Below the pieces are notes generated by a model that was given only the letters and a program-made list of their open reading frames with translations, was not told where the DNA came from and did not search any database. Made by a program: the position numbers and the translations under genes. From the NCBI GenBank assembly GCA_016218805.1, contig JACRCW010000032.1:1-64000 (forward strand): DNA of 64,000 bases, given 5' to 3'. Below, piece after piece: positions 26,801 through 35,114 of the stretch. Within the stretch, counting starts at the first letter, position 1. Each line of letters starts with the position of its first letter. The DNA is from Deltaproteobacteria bacterium (GTDB taxonomy: Bacteria > Myxococcota > JACRCW01).

Positions 26801-27952
26801 CGCTGCCCGTCCACGGCGGACGCGGACCAGGCGGACGCGGACGGTGACGACGTGGGCGACGCGTGTGATGCGTGCCCCAGCACGCCGCAGGGCCAGGCCG
26901 TGGCACCGGATGGCTGCCCGCCTTCCGCCGGTGACCCGCGCAAGGTGTACGTGCTGGACGGCCTGGTTGACGACGGCGAGTGGAAGGTGGCGGAGGCGGG
27001 TGGGCATTCGTTGTACGCGTCCTTCAACGGGCAGGTGCTGTACGTGGCCACGGAGGCCGCCGCGCGCGGCGAAGACGTCCTCATCTACGTGGCCGACCAG
27101 GACGGCGTGCTCAAAGCGGCACCGTTCACCAAGGCGGGCCGGGTGTCCTACGGCGGGCGCTACGTGGGTGACGAGGGCGACAACGACTACGCGGACTGGG
27201 GCGGGGCGACGGGGCAAGCGCGCGCGTACACGCTGGCGGTACCGGGACGCGGGATGCTGGAGGGGACGCTCAACGTGCTGGAGGAGTTTGGTTCCATCCC
27301 GGCCACGCTGCGCATTGCGGCGGTGCGCTACGGTGGCGCGGACAACGCGGCGCCGGCGTCACAGGTGCCCGCCGCGGTCACCGCGGACAGCGACGTCACG
27401 GAGAATGAGTTCCTGGTGTTCCACCTGGTGGTGCCGGAGACGCCGGATGCGGGCGTCCCGGATGCGGGTGGCAGCAGCAGCAGCAGTTCATCGTCGTCGT
27501 CGTCTTCGTCCTCGTCTTCCGGTGGTAGCAGCAGTTCGTCGTCGTCATCATCATCATCATCGTCTTCCAGCACGGGTGGGCCGGTGGGGACGGACGGTGA
27601 CCGGGATGGTGATGGCGTCACGGATGACCGCGACAACTGCATCCTGGTGGCCAACGCGGACCAGGTGGACTTTGACCTGGACGGCGTGGGTGACGGTTGT
27701 GACCGGTGCCCGGTGAGCCATCCGCTGGACCTCATTGACGCGGATGGGTGCGCATCCGGTCCGCCGCGGTCGGATGCCGGCAGCTACGCGCGTCCGGAGC
27801 CGGTGCTGCAGGACGCGGGGGCCGGGAGCGCGCCGCGGCCGCAGGGGCCGTGCGGGTGTTCGTCGTCGTCGTCGTCAGAGTTGCCCGGGGCGTTGGCGTG
27901 GGGAGCGGCGGGGCTGGTGTGGGTGATGGTGACGCGCAGGAGGCGTACGTGA
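23870..27952 (+). CDS. Multidomain GH13 (neopullulanase/amylase-like): CBM48-like N-domain, PKD-like domain, catalytic domain, TSP3 repeats, Ser linker, MYXO-CTERM-like anchor
   Basis: F.DANADGEGDF.G, LGVNALWLMP, HGY, DLVANHTS.EHPFF, DGVRCDIA, LAE, YLDNQD, LPGVPLVFYGDE; C-terminal GPCGC-S-rich-TM-RRRT. Confidence 0.88.
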   Translation: MRTPLLVPALLLLPVVASAYEAPVTFTLRHCESPGCSGVSASFGGVMDTCHLMIDRAGGRNRVQNAIAMDRQPDDNGARVFRKTITLQEGDYIYVFVANVDRFVNLSDPNLNPDDVPDSNFFNDPNPPFPGYGGQYSTDNIYFVRDPNRPKFDRASLQPNMGTLVTSASVTLSIVAAAGADGRPLAGTPRIEVQNGDPKGVRYNDGRPTDPTWTDITPVNFSFDSGTRRGTLTATWQNPTEGFHLVRFHVANDQGLTADPFVGSVMVNRDNQPPVATAGPIRFARVGQEVVLNGGMSQDPDYVGFSSWNWYATQQPGGSTITLRDVDEERIPRDGYGKGIVDEHGNLQGDAVAQRTALPRFSADRAGTYRMAVKATDMGGAQSAEAATEVHVVDAFNANIRVRLEPYVEANELIIDASLTTGPAGMQLGCYPDLRNPAPVNFTVTGLVAHAAKPTTAGFYLFHCQVGGNSYHRTVMLKVWPDGRTFTQDYGRPPRAWVDDKVMYLAFVREFFDANADGEGDFLGFVDKMAHLHSLGVNALWLMPVVPGPTTHGYAATAQFDTEEDYGTPEQYELLVQTAHAFGIEVLVDLVANHTSAEHPFFVQARSNAQSATRGYFAFNADGSYRYAFNFVALPDMDSNNPLVRDVVVKMVRWFMDRGVDGVRCDIAGFTGPVLWEDVRYEVKGRNPQGIMLAELIPPTQEYFDQRFDLAYDSETFWATRDAFAGSGDLGNVDGALKRAQTFLSRATSARVRESLEQKDVLWLRYLDNQDEDRFLLRAGGDLRRIRVGASVLMTLPGVPLVFYGDETGIGELRGRMQFGHFSPGALALTDLYRRLIQLRRHNAGLRTHDNAAEGTAGNSYVRINNNGDQGGGNVFSFVRFGAHQRFVVLANRADSTVLGTTVRFYPPPSVFTEFPDGPLKLVDHLDPTDQRTMNKSDLLSTSGATAAVRGFTTKIYQVTRFGIPDADHDGVLDSYDRCPSTADADQADADGDDVGDACDACPSTPQGQAVAPDGCPPSAGDPRKVYVLDGLVDDGEWKVAEAGGHSLYASFNGQVLYVATEAAARGEDVLIYVADQDGVLKAAPFTKAGRVSYGGRYVGDEGDNDYADWGGATGQARAYTLAVPGRGMLEGTLNVLEEFGSIPATLRIAAVRYGGADNAAPASQVPAAVTADSDVTENEFLVFHLVVPETPDAGVPDAGGSSSSSSSSSSSSSSSSGGSSSSSSSSSSSSSSSTGGPVGTDGDRDGDGVTDDRDNCILVANADQVDFDLDGVGDGCDRCPVSHPLDLIDADGCASGPPRSDAGSYARPEPVLQDAGAGSAPRPQGPCGCSSSSSSELPGALAWGAAGLVWVMVTRRRRT
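27470..27572 (+). repeat. Poly-Ser coding microsatellite (agc/tcg/tca runs)
   Basis: Directly visible; encodes GGSSSS...SSST. Confidence 0.8.
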
Positions 27953-28620
27953 TCCGGAGGCTGGCCTGGGGCGTGTTGCTGGCGTGCGTGGCGTGTGGGC
28001 CGTTTGATCCCACGGCACGCAAGAAGGACGTGCGCGTGGTGAAGCTGTTGCTGTTGCCGCCGGACAGCCAGCAGGAGGCGTTGGGGGGAACGCGGCCGGT
28101 GCAGCTGGCGGCGGTGCGTATTGAGGGCGGGCAGGTGGTGGACACGGTGGTGAGCACGCCGGTTGATCCGCGCAGCACGCAGCGGCTGTCGGTGGCGCTG
28201 GCGCGCAACCAGTCGTGGGCGCTGTTCCTGCAGACGCCGCGGGGGAACACGGCGTCTTTGGGGCAGCTGGTGGGGCGGATTCTGTGGTCAGACGGGCATG
28301 GTGGTCTGACGGGCCGGTTGGTGGCGGCGGAGGTGGACGTGGATCTGGGGGAACTGTCCATCCAGGTGGGTTCCACCTCCACGCTGGCGGACAACACGGT
28401 GTTGGTGCCGGACGCGGCCAACCCGCTCACGCGGACGGACCGTGACCAGGACGCCACGGATGACCTGGCGGACACGGATGACGACGCCGACGGGACCACG
28501 GACGTGGACGACGTGGACGCGGATGGCGATGGGCTGGCGGACCTGGACCAGGAGTTGGCGGCGTTGGCGGACCGCAACGGCCGCGAGGACGGTGACGGAG
28601 TGCCGGACGACGTCGAGTAG
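27949..28620 (+). CDS. Lipoprotein with C-terminal Asp-rich (DxDxDG) Ca-binding repeats
   Basis: GTGA overlap with the upstream stop; LLACVAC lipobox; DTDDDADG..DVDDVDADGDGLAD. Confidence 0.65.
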   Translation: MIRRLAWGVLLACVACGPFDPTARKKDVRVVKLLLLPPDSQQEALGGTRPVQLAAVRIEGGQVVDTVVSTPVDPRSTQRLSVALARNQSWALFLQTPRGNTASLGQLVGRILWSDGHGGLTGRLVAAEVDVDLGELSIQVGSTSTLADNTVLVPDAANPLTRTDRDQDATDDLADTDDDADGTTDVDDVDADGDGLADLDQELAALADRNGREDGDGVPDDVE

Positions 28621-28640
28621 GACCGGCGTCCCCGCCGGTC
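28617..28640 (+). repeat. GTAG plus a perfect 8-bp hairpin (GACCGGCG-TCCC-CGCCGGTC) at the operon end; REP-like or RNA-stabilising/terminator stem
   Basis: The inverted repeat is directly visible right after the stop codon; there is no U-tract. Confidence 0.4.
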
Positions 28641-28907
28641 GCCGACTCAATCTGCTCCACCTTCACCCCGCCTCCTCCACACGGGGCAATCCGCGGATGA
28701 CGCCGGCCATCCTCCGTGACGGGGGCGGGCGTTGTCCGCCGTCCGGTTGCAGCGGCGTGGCTTCACGGATCCACCAGGACCGCCCGGTGGCATAACCATT
28801 TGATAGTATTTACAAAACCGCCCTACTCACCCGGCCGCTGGCAACGCCTTGAGGTCGGGGGGCCGTCTGCTATGGTCCCGCGCCTCCTTGGGTGGCGAGG
28901 TCGTCGA

Positions 28908-30101
28908 ATGAAGTTCGCCTGTGAAACGTGCTCCACCAAGTACGTCATTCCGGATGAACGGGTGGCCGGCCGGCTGCTGCGCGTGCGCTGCAAGCGGTGC
29001 CGTGCCGTGATGGAGGTGCTGGGACCGGCCACCGAGCAGAACCGGGCCCCCACCAAGTCGGAGAAGCTGGTGCCCACCAAGGGTGACGACGTGGCGCACC
29101 CGCAGCGTCTGTTCGCGGTGGCGGATCCGTTTGCGGCGTTTGGGTCCGGCAACTGGAGTGCGCCGCCGGCCAAGCGGCAGGTGAGCCACGGCGGGCTGGT
29201 GGTGGCGGAGCGGTCCTCCGGGCCGGTGGAGGGCATGCCGGTGCCGCCCGCGGCCACCGCGGCGTGGCACGTGGCCATCAAGGGCCAGGCGCGCGGGCCG
29301 TTCACGGATGAAGAGCTCCACACGCTGGCCAGCGGCGGGAAGATCCACGCGCGGTCCCGCGTGTGGCGCGCGGGGATGGACGCGTGGGTGCGCCTGGAAG
29401 ACGTGTGCGAGCTGGCCTGGCTCAACCCGGTGCTGCGCCCGCGGTCGTCGTCACGGTCGGCGGATTCGTCATCCAGCCAGAGCTTCCTGGCGCCGGTGGC
29501 GCCCGTGCTGGATGAGGTCAGCGGCATGTCCGAGGCGCCCGAGCAGGACCCGGCGCGCCCGTTCTCCGGTCTGCTGGCCATGCAGCAGTTGAAGGCGGAC
29601 CCACCCCCGGAGCTGTCTGACGTGGTGAGCACCCCCGGGACGCTGTCCATGGGCGGGCAGACCGGTTGGTTCTCGCTCACTCCGCAGGAGGTGGACCAGC
29701 TGGTGGTGGAGGAGCGGGTCCAGTTCCCGGTCCAAGGCCCCATGCTGACGGGCACGCACGTGGTGCGGGCGGGAATGTCACGCGTGGCGTGGACGGCCAT
29801 GGCGGGCAGCGTGATCGCGTTTTCGCTTGCCGCGCTGCTGTTCCTCCCGTGGTTCCTCCGCCATGAGGCGGTGGCCGGGCCCATGGTCCGCCCGCCGGTG
29901 CGCGTGCCCGCAGCATTGGCCGCGCCGCTGGAGCCCACGGCGGGTCCGCAGGAACTGTCCAACATCCGTGCCCTGGCGCAGCCCAAGCCCGCTGCCGTGG
30001 CGGTGGTGGTGCCGCCGCAGCGCGCTGAGCCGCAGGTCCGCGACATGACCGACGTCCGCGAGGCGCTGGATCGCGCGGCGGCGAAGGTCGTTGGCCGATA
30101 G
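28908..30101 (+). CDS. Zinc-ribbon (MJ0042-type) plus GYF_2 (DUF4339) single-TM protein with a GltJ/AgmX-like N-terminus
   Basis: MKFACETCSTKYVIPDERV...VRCKRC; WHVAIKGQARGPF...VWRAGMDAW; one TM helix near the C-terminus. Confidence 0.75.
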   Translation: MKFACETCSTKYVIPDERVAGRLLRVRCKRCRAVMEVLGPATEQNRAPTKSEKLVPTKGDDVAHPQRLFAVADPFAAFGSGNWSAPPAKRQVSHGGLVVAERSSGPVEGMPVPPAATAAWHVAIKGQARGPFTDEELHTLASGGKIHARSRVWRAGMDAWVRLEDVCELAWLNPVLRPRSSSRSADSSSSQSFLAPVAPVLDEVSGMSEAPEQDPARPFSGLLAMQQLKADPPPELSDVVSTPGTLSMGGQTGWFSLTPQEVDQLVVEERVQFPVQGPMLTGTHVVRAGMSRVAWTAMAGSVIAFSLAALLFLPWFLRHEAVAGPMVRPPVRVPAALAAPLEPTAGPQELSNIRALAQPKPAAVAVVVPPQRAEPQVRDMTDVREALDRAAAKVVGR

Positions 30102-30246
30102 GCCCACGCGGTTTGTAACGCTTACCCCATCGGGGCTGGATCCAAACAGACAGGCTGGCGCCATCCGTCGACAAGATGGTGCGCGGTAGCTTCTGACCCT
30201 CCAGCTCCCGCGTCCCGTCGATCACCGCGGACTTCGCGTCCCCCCT

Positions 30247-30276
30247 TTGTCTCAGGGCGTGTTGTCTCAGGGCGTG
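30247..30276. repeat. Perfect 15-bp tandem duplication TTGTCTCAGGGCGTG spanning the FG-GAP gene stop codon
   Basis: Copies at 30247-30261 and 30262-30276. Confidence 0.85.
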
Positions 30277-31781
30277 CAGCCAAGGAGCACCAGCACCGCA
30301 CCGGCGGCCGTACCGGTAGCGTCGTTGGCGTAGCTGGTGACCGCCAGGTCCAGGCGCCCGTCACCATCCAGGTCCCCGGCAGCCAGCGCGGACGGGAAGT
30401 TCACCGGCACCCAGGCGGAGGGTGTCTGGAAGGTGCCATCACCCACGCCATGCAGCACGCGGACGTTGCCAATGGAAATCTCGCCGGCGTCGTAGGTGAA
30501 ATAGCTCGTGACGGCGACATCGGTGACTCCGTCACCGTCGAGATCGCCCGAAGCCAGGGCGCCGGGGAACGTGCCGGTGGCGTAGAGGGCGGCGGCGCCA
30601 AAGGTGCGGTTCCCGTTCCCAAGCAGCACGCCCACGCGGGAGCCCGCGTAGTCGGCGACGGCGACGTCCGGCTTGTCGTCACCGTTGGCATCCAGGGCCA
30701 GCAGCGCGGCTGGTGCAAACGCCAGGGACACGGTCACCGCGGCCTGGAAGGTTCCATCACCGTTACCCGCCATGGCAGCGAGGTTGGCGCCGCCGTTTGC
30801 GCTGGCCACGAGGAGATCCCGCGTGCCGTTGCGGTCCAGGTCCGACAGCGCCAGCCACGCGGGACTGTTTGAACTCTGCATGGACACCGCCTGGAACGTC
30901 CCGTCTCCATTTCCCAGCAGCACGCCCACGCCACCTCCAGGAACCGTGTCACCGGTGACCACCAGGTCCGGCTGCGTGTCCGCGTTGACCAGCCCCGCCG
31001 CCACCGCGCGCGTGCCGGGAGCCGCGGTGGAGTGGACGGCCGCCTGGAACGTCCCGGTGCCCGTGCCCAGCAGCACGCTGACCGTCCCGCTGTCATGGTT
31101 GGCGGTGACCAGGTCCGTGAACGCATCGTCGTTGACGTCCAGCGCCAGCAGCGAGCCGGGATAGGAACCCACAAGGTGGTCCGTGGGCGACGTGAATGTC
31201 CCGTCACCCGCGCCCAGGAACACGCTGACGGAACCCTGCAGGCCGTTGCCGACACCGAGGTCCAGGTGACCATCCCCGTCCAGATCCGCCGCCACCACGG
31301 CGGTGGCGCCCTTGGGTACGGAAAGAAGCGGCGCCTGCCGGAAACCCGCGGCGCAGGCCGGAGAGGCGCCGCTGCTGCTCCCCGTCCCGCCGGACGAAGG
31401 GGAGGCAAACGACGACGAGAGCGGCACGGCCGAGGAAGGTGCTGGACCCGTGGAGGACGCCGCGGGAGGGAAGGAAGAGGGCGCGCTGACCGAGGAGGAC
31501 GGTCCCGGGACGGACGCTGACGCACCCGTTCCCGAGGAGGAAAGCGCGGATGTCGGTCCGCCCGACGCGGAGGACGGACCCGCTCCGCTGGTACCCGCCG
31601 CGGCGGATGACGACACCGGTACGCCCGCGGAACTTCCCGAACCCACCGAGCCGGACGATGACGAGGTGCCGCCGCCATCACCCCCCGGCTTGGGCGCGGG
31701 ACACGCGCTGGCGGCCAGCAACAGGACGAGGAGGCAGCAGCGCTGGAACGGGGCAGTGTTCAAGGCATTCACCGGATCCAT
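30267..31781 (-). CDS. FG-GAP/VCBS-repeat (beta-propeller) lipoprotein with a Ser-rich linker
   Basis: LAASAC lipobox; about seven D[LV][DN]GDG..DL...N...VSV.LG.GDGTF repeats. Confidence 0.85.
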   Translation of the reverse strand: MDPVNALNTAPFQRCCLLVLLLAASACPAPKPGGDGGGTSSSSGSVGSGSSAGVPVSSSAAAGTSGAGPSSASGGPTSALSSSGTGASASVPGPSSSVSAPSSFPPAASSTGPAPSSAVPLSSSFASPSSGGTGSSSGASPACAAGFRQAPLLSVPKGATAVVAADLDGDGHLDLGVGNGLQGSVSVFLGAGDGTFTSPTDHLVGSYPGSLLALDVNDDAFTDLVTANHDSGTVSVLLGTGTGTFQAAVHSTAAPGTRAVAAGLVNADTQPDLVVTGDTVPGGGVGVLLGNGDGTFQAVSMQSSNSPAWLALSDLDRNGTRDLLVASANGGANLAAMAGNGDGTFQAAVTVSLAFAPAALLALDANGDDKPDVAVADYAGSRVGVLLGNGNRTFGAAALYATGTFPGALASGDLDGDGVTDVAVTSYFTYDAGEISIGNVRVLHGVGDGTFQTPSAWVPVNFPSALAAGDLDGDGRLDLAVTSYANDATGTAAGAVLVLLGCTP

Positions 31782-32082
31782 GAGGTGGAGGACAACGGGA
31801 CGAACGTCGCGGACATTACATGTGAAGGTGTATGACATTTGCCCGGAAACGAGGAAGTCGCTGGAGATGGGTCGTTCGACATCAACAAGCGAATTACTCC
31901 GTACGCCCCGGATATCCGAAACAAGTGCAATGCTGGGGTGTGCCTGGGGCACTGGGCCGATTTGGACGGCGGAATTTGCACGGACTGATTTCCACTTATT
32001 CGCCCGCCGGGCTGGATGCTCCCCGCGCAAAGCCAACCGCCGGCACCCGTCCCCGACGACGACGCCCACTGCACCGCGCGGT

Positions 32083-33750
32083 TCACTTCTTGGTGGCCGC
32101 CTTGGCGCCCGTGGCGGCGGTCACGTCTTCAGCCAGGATGCGCACAAACACGGGCATGCCCGGCGGTGGCGGCACCTTGCCCGTCAGGACCGCGTTGAAG
32201 GGTGACTCCGGCAACGATTCCAACGCGGCCCGCGCGCCCTTCGCATCCCCGGAGCGTGCGCGGCACGCGGCCTCCACCGCAGTGGCCTGCGATACGTGCA
32301 TGGGTTTCACGTTGTTGCCGCGCGCCTTGCGCCCGGCCGCCACCGTCCGCAGGCAGCCCGGGTAATCCCCGCTCATCAACAGCACGTGCGCGTGTGCCGC
32401 GTAGTACCACTCGGAACCTTCTCCCGCTTCCACCGCCACCCGCGTGAGCGCGGCGGCCGCGGCCCAGTCCCGCTTGAACACGCCCAGCAGCTGGCCCGTC
32501 TGCGTGCGGTACTCGTGGTTGTCCGGGTCCAGCGCCACGGCGCGGCGGCACAGCGCAATGGCCTCGTCGCCGTTGCCGTGGGTGGCCAGCGAGACGCACA
32601 GCGCGTAGTTCCCCAGCGCGTACTCCGGCTTGAGAGCCACCGCGCGCTGCTCCAGCGCCATCGCCTCGTCGTTGCGGTTGGTGCGCCACAGGTGGAAGGC
32701 CAGGTAGGTCATGGCTTCGTGGTAGTTGGGGCGGAGTTCCAGCGCGCGCCGCAGCGGCGCTTCCACGTCCGGGTTTGCGTCCTGTCCGCCCGGAGTCATC
32801 AGCGCCAGCGCCAGGCCCAGGTGCGCCTCCGGCAGCGCGCCGTCCTGCGTGATGGCCTGCCGGTACAACGCCGCCGCCGCGGCCCGGTCCGCGGGCCGCC
32901 CAAAGCCGTGCAGCGCGTTGGCCGCCTCGCCCAGCAACCTGAGCACCGACGTGCTGCGGGCCACCTTCAAGGCCAGCGCCGCGTCGCGGTCTGGCGACGG
33001 CGGGATGTTCATGACGTCGGCCACCTTGGCGGCCAACTCGTCCTGCAGGGCAAAGACGTCGTCCAGCTTCCCGGTGACCTCCACCGCCTGGCGCACGCGT
33101 GAGGTCTCCACGTCCACCACGCGCGCGCTGAACCGCAGCCGGTCAACGGATTTCTGGAACGCGCCGGTCACCAGCAGCTGCGCGCCAATGACCTTGCCCG
33201 CGTTTGCCGCCGTCGTCGGTTCCAGGGCGCCGGACTGGCCCAGCGCCTGTTCGGCCAGCGCCTGGTCCAGTTTGAGCCGGTCCACCAGGACCAGCTTGTT
33301 CATCTGGCCCAGCTTGGTCACCAGGCTTTCCGCAATGCCGGCACGCAGCCAGTCCAGCTGTTTGTCGCCGGAAAGGTTGTCAAACGGCATCACCGCCAGC
33401 GTGCGCGTGGGGGCAAACACGAACGGGTAACTGAAGCGTGCGCCGGCCGCGGCCGCGGGGAAACGCAGCTCCCGCAGGGCGCCGGCCACGCACGCGCCCA
33501 CCGCGGCGCTGCCCAGGGTGTCCTCGGAGACCTTGGCCTCGTGCACCGTCCCGTTGCTGGCCAACACTACGGAGACCACCAGGCGCCCCTCCAGCGCCGG
33601 CTCACGGGCCAGCTGGGTCTCGTAACAGGCCTTCACGGTGGGCAACGCGCCGGCCACGGTGGTGCGGATGGACTGCGAAACATCCTCCGCCGCCCACGCG
33701 GGGCTGACAGACAGCAGCAGTACGGCCAGCGACGTGATGCAGCGATTCAT
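32083..33750 (-). CDS. Secreted protein: AgmX/PglI C-terminal (TonB-C-like) domain, FlgO/CsgG/TolB-N-like domain and TPR repeats
   Basis: Signal ending AWA; VKACYE..L...P.LEGR...V..C....L..L.FP...FSYPFVF; LAVMPFDNLSG...GIAESL; TPR-like helices. Confidence 0.75.
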   Translation of the reverse strand: MNRCITSLAVLLLSVSPAWAAEDVSQSIRTTVAGALPTVKACYETQLAREPALEGRLVVSVVLASNGTVHEAKVSEDTLGSAAVGACVAGALRELRFPAAAAGARFSYPFVFAPTRTLAVMPFDNLSGDKQLDWLRAGIAESLVTKLGQMNKLVLVDRLKLDQALAEQALGQSGALEPTTAANAGKVIGAQLLVTGAFQKSVDRLRFSARVVDVETSRVRQAVEVTGKLDDVFALQDELAAKVADVMNIPPSPDRDAALALKVARSTSVLRLLGEAANALHGFGRPADRAAAAALYRQAITQDGALPEAHLGLALALMTPGGQDANPDVEAPLRRALELRPNYHEAMTYLAFHLWRTNRNDEAMALEQRAVALKPEYALGNYALCVSLATHGNGDEAIALCRRAVALDPDNHEYRTQTGQLLGVFKRDWAAAAALTRVAVEAGEGSEWYYAAHAHVLLMSGDYPGCLRTVAAGRKARGNNVKPMHVSQATAVEAACRARSGDAKGARAALESLPESPFNAVLTGKVPPPPGMPVFVRILAEDVTAATGAKAATKK

Positions 33751-33954
33751 GGGAGCCTCTCTTGGAGCGGGCGCGGCGTTGCCCGCTCTCCCGGCGCGAC
33801 ACTGGCGCCTCACCACGCCGGCAGCAAGTTGACGGGCCTCGCCGCTACGTCCCCGGTGCGCGGACCCACGCAGCACCCTGGCAGAGCGCGACCCGGAAGA
33901 TGGCCAGGACTACGCCGTTGCGGTCCACAGGAATCCCCCGAACCCCAGACGCCT

Positions 33955-34235
33955 CCGTACTCGGCGTTGATGTGCAGGCGGTCCCGCGCAAGCGGGCCGC
34001 GCAGCAGGCAGCCGCACATCCGCTCCGGCGGTTCGTGGTCATTGCCGGGGATCAGCGTGCCCACCTCAAGCTGAACCCGTCCACATCCACGGCGAGCTTG
34101 TTCGCCCTCGCGCGCCCCTCGAACAACTCATCGTCCGCGGCGCGGGTGCGCTCGCCTGCGTTGAGAGCGGCGCGGGTGCATTGGGCGAGCGGGTCGTTCT
34201 CGTCGACGTCCTGGCCGCCCGCCAATTCGGGGATT
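33955..34235 (-). mobile_element. Decayed IS91-family (Y2) transposase fragment
   Basis: The minus strand reads ...LAVDVDGFSL, then after a frameshift VGTLIPGNDHEPPERMCGCLLRGPLARDRLHI. This matches the IS91 motif GFSLHA.......DR..LERLCRY..R.PLA.ERL, with the Tyr lost. Confidence 0.55.
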
Positions 34236-34250
34236 AGGCTCGGGGCCGCC

Positions 34251-35114
34251 ATGGACGAGGGCGTCGCCGGCTGGAAATCCGTCTCGGACACCTTGCTGAT
34301 CCCGCTCTACTGCCGGGCGATGGAGACGCTGGAGCAGGAGCCGATCATCCGTGACCCGAAGGCGGTGGGGATGCTGAACGAGATGCGGCGGGAGTTGGCC
34401 AGCTCCGACAAGCCCATTCACCGCAAGGTCGTCCACGACCGCTACAACCGGAAGCTACTGGTGACGATCGCCCTACGCTCGCGCCGGTTCGACCGATACG
34501 CGTCGGAGTTCATGGCGGCGCACCCGGGCGCGACGGTGGTGACCATCGGATGCGGACTGGATTCGCGCTTTGAGCGGATCGACGACGGAAGGGTGCGTTG
34601 GTTCGACCTCGACTTCCCCGAAGTGATTGAAATCCGGAAGAGATACTTCCGCGAGACCGACCGTTGCCGATTCCTCCCCTATTCCGCGCTGGATTACAGG
34701 TGGATGGACGAGGTGAAAACGGCGGCTGCGGGCCCGGTGCTATTCCTCGCCGAGGGCGTGTTCATGTATCTGGAGGAAGAAGCGGTGAAGGGCCTGGTGC
34801 TGAAGTTGCGTGATGAGTTCCCGGGCTCGGAGTTGGTCTTCGAAATCACCAACCGCTACTGGGTGAAGAAGATGAAATCGGCGTGGATGCGCTGGAAGTT
34901 CTCCCGCCAGCTCGGCATCGGGGAGGAGGCGATGTTCAGGTTCGGGATCGATGGATACCGGGAGATCGAGAAATGGGGCACCGGGATCCGGTTCCTGGAC
35001 GAGTGGACCTATTTCGACGACGACGAGAAGAAGCTGGGCTGGTTCAACCTCTTCCGGAGGATGGAGCTCCTGCGGAAGGTGCAATGGACGCTCCATTTCC
35101 AGCTCGGTGAGTAG
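34251..35114 (+). CDS. Class I SAM-dependent methyltransferase, LCM/TcmP-like
   Basis: VSDTLLIPLY.RA.E, R..RFD, VVTIGCGLDSRFER, WFDLDFPEVI, LFLAEGVFMYL. Confidence 0.88.
   Translation: MDEGVAGWKSVSDTLLIPLYCRAMETLEQEPIIRDPKAVGMLNEMRRELASSDKPIHRKVVHDRYNRKLLVTIALRSRRFDRYASEFMAAHPGATVVTIGCGLDSRFERIDDGRVRWFDLDFPEVIEIRKRYFRETDRCRFLPYSALDYRWMDEVKTAAAGPVLFLAEGVFMYLEEEAVKGLVLKLRDEFPGSELVFEITNRYWVKKMKSAWMRWKFSRQLGIGEEAMFRFGIDGYREIEKWGTGIRFLDEWTYFDDDEKKLGWFNLFRRMELLRKVQWTLHFQLGE

Noticed and set aside
23822..27217. Very long antisense ORFs (also 863-3304, 8616-10361, 48430-50814 and others)
   Set aside because: These are shadow frames of high-GC genes with no recognisable motifs; the opposite strand has clear family signatures.
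14376..28620. Classical SusC/SusD polysaccharide utilisation locus
   Set aside because: No TonB-dependent receptor or SusD-like protein is recognisable in the operon.
28786..28815. Possible sigma-54 promoter (TGGCAT...TTTG) in an AT-rich patch
   Set aside because: It lacks the -12 GC at the required spacing. It may be a promoter, but the type cannot be supported.
30102..30245. Possible gene remnant between convergent genes
   Set aside because: The translation is short and I recognise no family.
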